This document shows positions 33,383 to 36,966 of a stretch of DNA of 36,966 nucleotides, in pieces. How positions within the stretch are numbered: position 1 is the stretch's first letter; each line of letters begins with the position of its first letter. Both the position numbers and the translations under genes were made by a program. Source of the DNA: Thermoplasmata archaeon (lineage in GTDB: Archaea; Thermoplasmatota; Thermoplasmata; Sysuiplasmatales; Sysuiplasmataceae); contig JAKAPY010000002.1 in NCBI GenBank assembly GCA_021811925.1, positions 1 to 36,966 of the forward strand. The letters are read 5' to 3'. The notes beneath the pieces were generated by a model. That model had not been told where the DNA came from. It made no database searches and saw only the letters and a list, made by a program, of their open reading frames with translations.

Positions 33383-33838
33383 ATGTCGTTCGAAATTACG
33401 GTTGTTTCAAACACTCCTCTCACACCCCTTGGCGACATGGATGAGATACTCTCCATATTCCTCTCCCAGGTCGGTTACATTCCAGCTGGATACACACCTA
33501 GGAATGCGGCCGCGGATGTCGAGAGCAGCATTCCATTCAGGATATTCCGCGACTACTTTCTCAGGAAGCCCGACAGGGTCTGGCTAATAGACGAGATTGC
33601 CGCCGACATCGAGGCTACAAAGGCATCGGTGTACAGGCACATAAACAAGCTCAAGTCCCTCGACCTCCTGGAGGAGGGATACATCGACAGGAAGGGGAGC
33701 CAGAAGAAAGGGTACAGAATCAGGTACGGCAATCTCAGCAAGGCATGGAATTTCACAGAATCAAATGTCCAGGCGGCAATGGATTCATACAGGAAGACTG
33801 TGGATCACATCCAGCGTCTTTCGGAGGGATCAAAATGA
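33383..33838 (+). CDS. Winged-helix (ArsR/MarR-like) transcriptional regulator
   Basis: Reads LIDEIAADIEATKASVYRHINKLKSLDLLEEGYIDRKGSQKKGYRIRY. ATG 33383 is preferred; the track ORF starts at 33341. Confidence 0.7.
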   Translation: MSFEITVVSNTPLTPLGDMDEILSIFLSQVGYIPAGYTPRNAAADVESSIPFRIFRDYFLRKPDRVWLIDEIAADIEATKASVYRHINKLKSLDLLEEGYIDRKGSQKKGYRIRYGNLSKAWNFTESNVQAAMDSYRKTVDHIQRLSEGSK

Positions 33839-34113
33839 ACGAAGATGAGAACTACTCACTTGTGAAGGGGTCAGTCTACAGGGTCAGCAGCGCCGGTCCC
33901 GCCGACGCAGCGGTCGAAACGGAAGGCACGTTTATCGGTTATCAGCAGTTCGGCGAGGAGAGTGCCCTTGCCATGAGGATGACTGGAGACGGAAAGGCCG
34001 AATCCGTGAGGATAATACCGTGCAGCGCCGTGCTCTATGTAGATGTGATAAAGCAGGAGAAGGAAGCAAAGAAGCAGAAGGCAAAGCCAGAAAAGGTCGA
34101 ATTCTACGGGTGA
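33835..34113 (+). CDS. Hypothetical small protein (92 aa, Lys/Glu-rich tail)
   Basis: ATG 33835 overlaps the regulator stop (ATGA). It reads MNEDENYSLVKGSVYRVSS...VIKQEKEAKKQKAKPEKVEFYG, and I recognised no family. Confidence 0.55.
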   Translation: MNEDENYSLVKGSVYRVSSAGPADAAVETEGTFIGYQQFGEESALAMRMTGDGKAESVRIIPCSAVLYVDVIKQEKEAKKQKAKPEKVEFYG

Positions 34114-34265
34114 GTGCTTCACACTCCCGCACGCATCTGGATTGACATAGGTGGAATGGCAGGATGAGCGCCCAATGACTCGGAAAAGGCTTGGCGGGGC
34201 AGAGGTCGAGAGAGGGCCGAAAGGCCTCCGGGGATGGTCGCTGGAGGGAGGGAATCCAGCAGGAC

Positions 34266-34275
34266 TTTTTGTTTT
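34266..34275 (+). terminator. Oligo-T tract (TTTTTGTTTT), candidate archaeal terminator
   Basis: The T-run follows a GC-rich structured segment downstream of the small ORF. Confidence 0.35.
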
Positions 34276-34331
34276 CCGCTGTTTGATGCACAGGCAAGTT
34301 TCTTAGTCTTATCACTCATAGAGCTGTTTGG

Positions 34332-35399
34332 ATGATTGAGGAGCAATTCACAAAAGTAAAGACAATGGTCTTCCCCAGGGTGGTTCTTGCAGGCCATGGC
34401 GTGATCAGGAAGGTGGGCGATGTTGTCGTCGAACTGAAGCTGGGCAGAAAGGCACTGCTCGTCACGGGCGGAAGAACATCTGCAATAGCCGGCCGAAGAG
34501 TCGCCAAACTGCTGGAGAAATCGTCGAAGACGGTGCGAATAGAAGTCAGCGGCCAGGCCACTAAATCAAACCTTGATTCACTTGTGGAGAAGGCCAGGGA
34601 ATTCGCACCCGATATTGTTCTTGGTGTTGGCGGAGGAAGCAAGATTGATCTGGCGAAGATGACAGCCAGGATTGTGGGCTCGGAATTTGTGAGCGTCCCT
34701 ACATCCGCATCGCATGACGGCATATCATCCCCGAGGGCTTCAATAAAGGTTGACGGCATCAGCTCCTCGCTTGAGGGAGCCACGCCAATTGCGATTGTCG
34801 CCGACACGCAGGTAATTTCCCGCGCTCCGTACAGGATGCTTGCCGCAGGTTGCGCGGATGTGCTCAGCAATGCGAGTGCATTGAGGGACTGGGAGATTGC
34901 TGTAAAGGCAGGCAGGGAAAGCATGAGCACCACAGCCTACGCCCTGTCGAGCTATGCGGGCAACTCCGTCATGCAGGATGCGGGCCGAATCAGGAAGAAC
35001 CACGAGACATCTACCTGGTTAGCCGTCAGGCCCATAATTGCGTCTGGACTTGCCATGGGGGTAGCCGGCTCTTCAAGGCCGGCCAGTGGCTCCGAGCATC
35101 TGTTCTCGCATGCACTGGACTCGATGCAGTCGGGCGGTGCAATGCATGGTGAGCAGTGTGGCGTCGGGGCAATAATGATGACAGCCTATCAGGGAGGCGA
35201 CTGGAAGGGAATCAGGGAAGCGCTCAGGAAACTCGGATGCCCTACTGATGCGAAGGGCCTTGGAGTGGCGCCAGAGACGGTGGTGGAAGCGCTTCTCAGG
35301 GCAAAGTCGATGCGGGAAGACAGGTATACCATACTCGACAGCAAACCATTCACAAGGCAGTCGGCGATCAGGCTCGCCAGGAAGACAATGGTTATCTGA
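34332..35399 (+). CDS. egsA: sn-Glycerol-1-phosphate dehydrogenase
   Basis: Carries GVGGGSKIDLAK, SVPTSASHDGISSPRASIK, ...SGSEHLFSHALD... and ...HGEQCGVG.... This is the iron-type alcohol dehydrogenase fold typical of EgsA/AraM. Confidence 0.88.
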   Translation: MIEEQFTKVKTMVFPRVVLAGHGVIRKVGDVVVELKLGRKALLVTGGRTSAIAGRRVAKLLEKSSKTVRIEVSGQATKSNLDSLVEKAREFAPDIVLGVGGGSKIDLAKMTARIVGSEFVSVPTSASHDGISSPRASIKVDGISSSLEGATPIAIVADTQVISRAPYRMLAAGCADVLSNASALRDWEIAVKAGRESMSTTAYALSSYAGNSVMQDAGRIRKNHETSTWLAVRPIIASGLAMGVAGSSRPASGSEHLFSHALDSMQSGGAMHGEQCGVGAIMMTAYQGGDWKGIREALRKLGCPTDAKGLGVAPETVVEALLRAKSMREDRYTILDSKPFTRQSAIRLARKTMVI

Positions 35400-35649
35400 C
35401 ATGTGCGCCTGCATCCATCATGCTGCGGAAGCGCAGCATAATTCGATGTGGCGCCACCGGATGCAGTCTAATTCCCTGTTTGGACTGCAGGCAAATAAGC
35501 CGAGAGGGCAGGCCCGGATTTCAGCCTTGGGAGGAAATCGGGTCATCTGCGCCGGGCCCGGGTCACGAAGACACATTCATGTATTGGACAAGCAATAGCC
35601 ACTTCCATGTCACGATCATTCTATCTGATTTCGGAAGGAGCTGGTTTTT

Positions 35650-36072
35650 GTGTCAGGCATCACACTAATAGGAGAGCATATAGCAAGTGTAGGTACGCAG
35701 TTTGTATTCAACGGCGGTGCACCTGAGTGCAGGGAGTGCAAACTCAAGATCGCGTGTCTTAATCTCGAACCCGGTCAGCATTACAGGGTGGTCGAGGTCA
35801 GGCCAAAGCATCATGACGAATGCGTCATTCACGAACAGGGAGTGCGCATTGTCAGGGTGGAGGAAATACGGAGTAGGATTGCAGTAAGGCGCAGGCAGGC
35901 GTTCGAGGGCTCAATCATAACAACCGACGAGAGGCGTTGCCACATTAAAAGCTGCCCCAACTACAGGCTGTGCTTCCCCCTTGGTGCAAAGAGGGGAAAA
36001 TACAAGGTGCTCAAGGACCTCGGATCAGTCCAGTGCGCAATAGGCGAGGATCTCCGTCTGATAGAGGTCTGA
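35650..36072 (+). CDS. UPF0179-family Cys-rich protein
   Basis: A GTG start gives SGITLIGEHIASVGTQFVFNGGAPECRECKLKIACLNLEPGQHYRVVEVRPKHHDECVIHEQGV. This matches my memory of the UPF0179 layout. Confidence 0.6.
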   Translation: MSGITLIGEHIASVGTQFVFNGGAPECRECKLKIACLNLEPGQHYRVVEVRPKHHDECVIHEQGVRIVRVEEIRSRIAVRRRQAFEGSIITTDERRCHIKSCPNYRLCFPLGAKRGKYKVLKDLGSVQCAIGEDLRLIEV

Positions 36073-36088
36073 AGGCACCGCGTGCATA

Positions 36089-36966
36089 TCACTGCAGCAT
36101 TTCGACAAGTACATTTTCGCCGTTGCGTACCGCAATGCCCATTGGCTGCATCACTATTCCATCCGCCTCTGAGATGCTCGTTATCGCACCCGATTCCTTG
36201 AAAACGGGATAGCATTTCTCGCCCCTGAGCCTGACAGGCAGCAGGTGGGCCATGCGCTCATCCGCTCTCTCTGCGCCGCAATAACGGGCGGCAACAATGC
36301 GATGGGCGCGAATTTCTGGAATGCCCGCCATCTTTCTTACCGAAGGCGCAACAAGATAGTGAGCGCCGAGGAAGGACGAGACTGGATGACCGGCAAGTCC
36401 GAATACCGGCTTTCCTTTCACGATGCCCAGCATTGTCGGTCTCCCTGGCCTTATCCGTACCCCGTGGAAGAGAAGCCTGCCCTCCTCCATGATCACGCCC
36501 GAAACAAAATCCCTCTGCCCGACGGAGCTGCCGCTGGCAAACACACATGCGTCATACTTCAGCGCATCGCGCAGGGACGACCTTATGGATTCCCTGTCAT
36601 CAACTGCCGGCGGAAGCATTACCGCGTTTCCACCCGCTCTCTCTATTACAGAAGAGATTGTGTGAGAATTGACATCGTATATCTGTCCCCTGCGGGCCTT
36701 TTTTCCGAGGGGCGCTATCTCATCTCCCCCGGGTATCACTGCAACGACCGGTTTTCTGGTGACAGCAACATGCGTCATGCCTTGAGAGGCAAGCGCTCCC
36801 AACAGGCCAGTCGTCAGGACGCTGTCTCTTTCGGCAATGACTGCGCCTTTCCTTATGTCAACGCCCTTTTTCGAGACTTCCTCCCATCTCTGAACGCGGC
36901 GCCTGAATGAAATCATTCCATCCGCTTCGTCAGTGTGCTCGAACATGACCGACGCATCCGTGAGAT
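36089..36966 (-). CDS. moeA: Molybdopterin molybdenumtransferase MoeA (5' end beyond the window edge)
   Basis: Carries VAVIPGGDEIAPLG, IYDVNSHTISSVIERAGG, ASGSSVGQRDFV and HGVRIRPGRPTMLG...GLAGHPVSSF. The frame is open to position 36966. Confidence 0.85.
   Translation of the reverse strand, partial: LTDASVMFEHTDEADGMISFRRRVQRWEEVSKKGVDIRKGAVIAERDSVLTTGLLGALASQGMTHVAVTRKPVVAVIPGGDEIAPLGKKARRGQIYDVNSHTISSVIERAGGNAVMLPPAVDDRESIRSSLRDALKYDACVFASGSSVGQRDFVSGVIMEEGRLLFHGVRIRPGRPTMLGIVKGKPVFGLAGHPVSSFLGAHYLVAPSVRKMAGIPEIRAHRIVAARYCGAERADERMAHLLPVRLRGEKCYPVFKESGAITSISEADGIVMQPMGIAVRNGENVLVEMLQ

Noticed and set aside
34316-34933. 205-aa minus-strand ORF antisense to egsA
   Set aside because: It lies within a gene carrying clear G1P dehydrogenase motifs, and its low-complexity Ser/Ala/Thr/Pro translation points to an antisense artefact.

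Overview
This is an archaeal chromosomal window. Diagnostic genes are TBP, PriL, EF-1beta, Spt5, SecE, ribosomal proteins L11/L1/P0/P1, glycerol-1-phosphate dehydrogenase and deoxyhypusine synthase. Two FtsZ paralogues and the ftsZ-secE-spt5-rpl11-rpl1-rpl10-rpl12 order point to a euryarchaeote-like, FtsZ-dividing lineage, which cannot be fixed further by eye. Coding density is high, with many 4-nt start/stop overlaps. Most of the window is housekeeping: 2-oxoacid:ferredoxin oxidoreductase, the ribosomal/Spt5/SecE/FtsZ1 block, a TrmJ-like methyltransferase, an RHH regulator with FtsZ2, IlvE, one tRNA, Zn-ribbon/EF-1beta, PriL, truA-fap7-CDP-alcohol phosphatidyltransferase, acylphosphatase and tbp-tatD-like. 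After ~26 kb come a large FAD/FeS/CCG oxidoreductase, Bcp, RibA, deoxyhypusine synthase, thioredoxin, a class II amidotransferase, EgsA, UPF0179 and MoeA. An accessory stretch at ~16.7-26.2 kb holds four things: a 1.48-kb IS-derived element with inverted repeats, a target duplication, a transposase relic and an antitoxin/PIN cargo; a closed three-gene operon of unassignable proteins; a GmhB-like phosphatase with two GT2 glycosyltransferases; and an orphan antitoxin-like gene. I saw no rRNA and no CRISPR array. The best leads are: (1) the three-gene operon at 19525-23293; (2) the IS-derived toxin-antitoxin carrier beside the tbp promoter; (3) a tRNA-Lys(UUU) with two non-canonical introns, one in a textbook bulge-helix-bulge in the T-loop; (4) Spt5 with an in-frame beta-rich N-terminal extension; (5) a tandem-RHH CdrS-like gene coupled to ftsZ2. 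All product calls come from motif recognition by eye. No database search was run.
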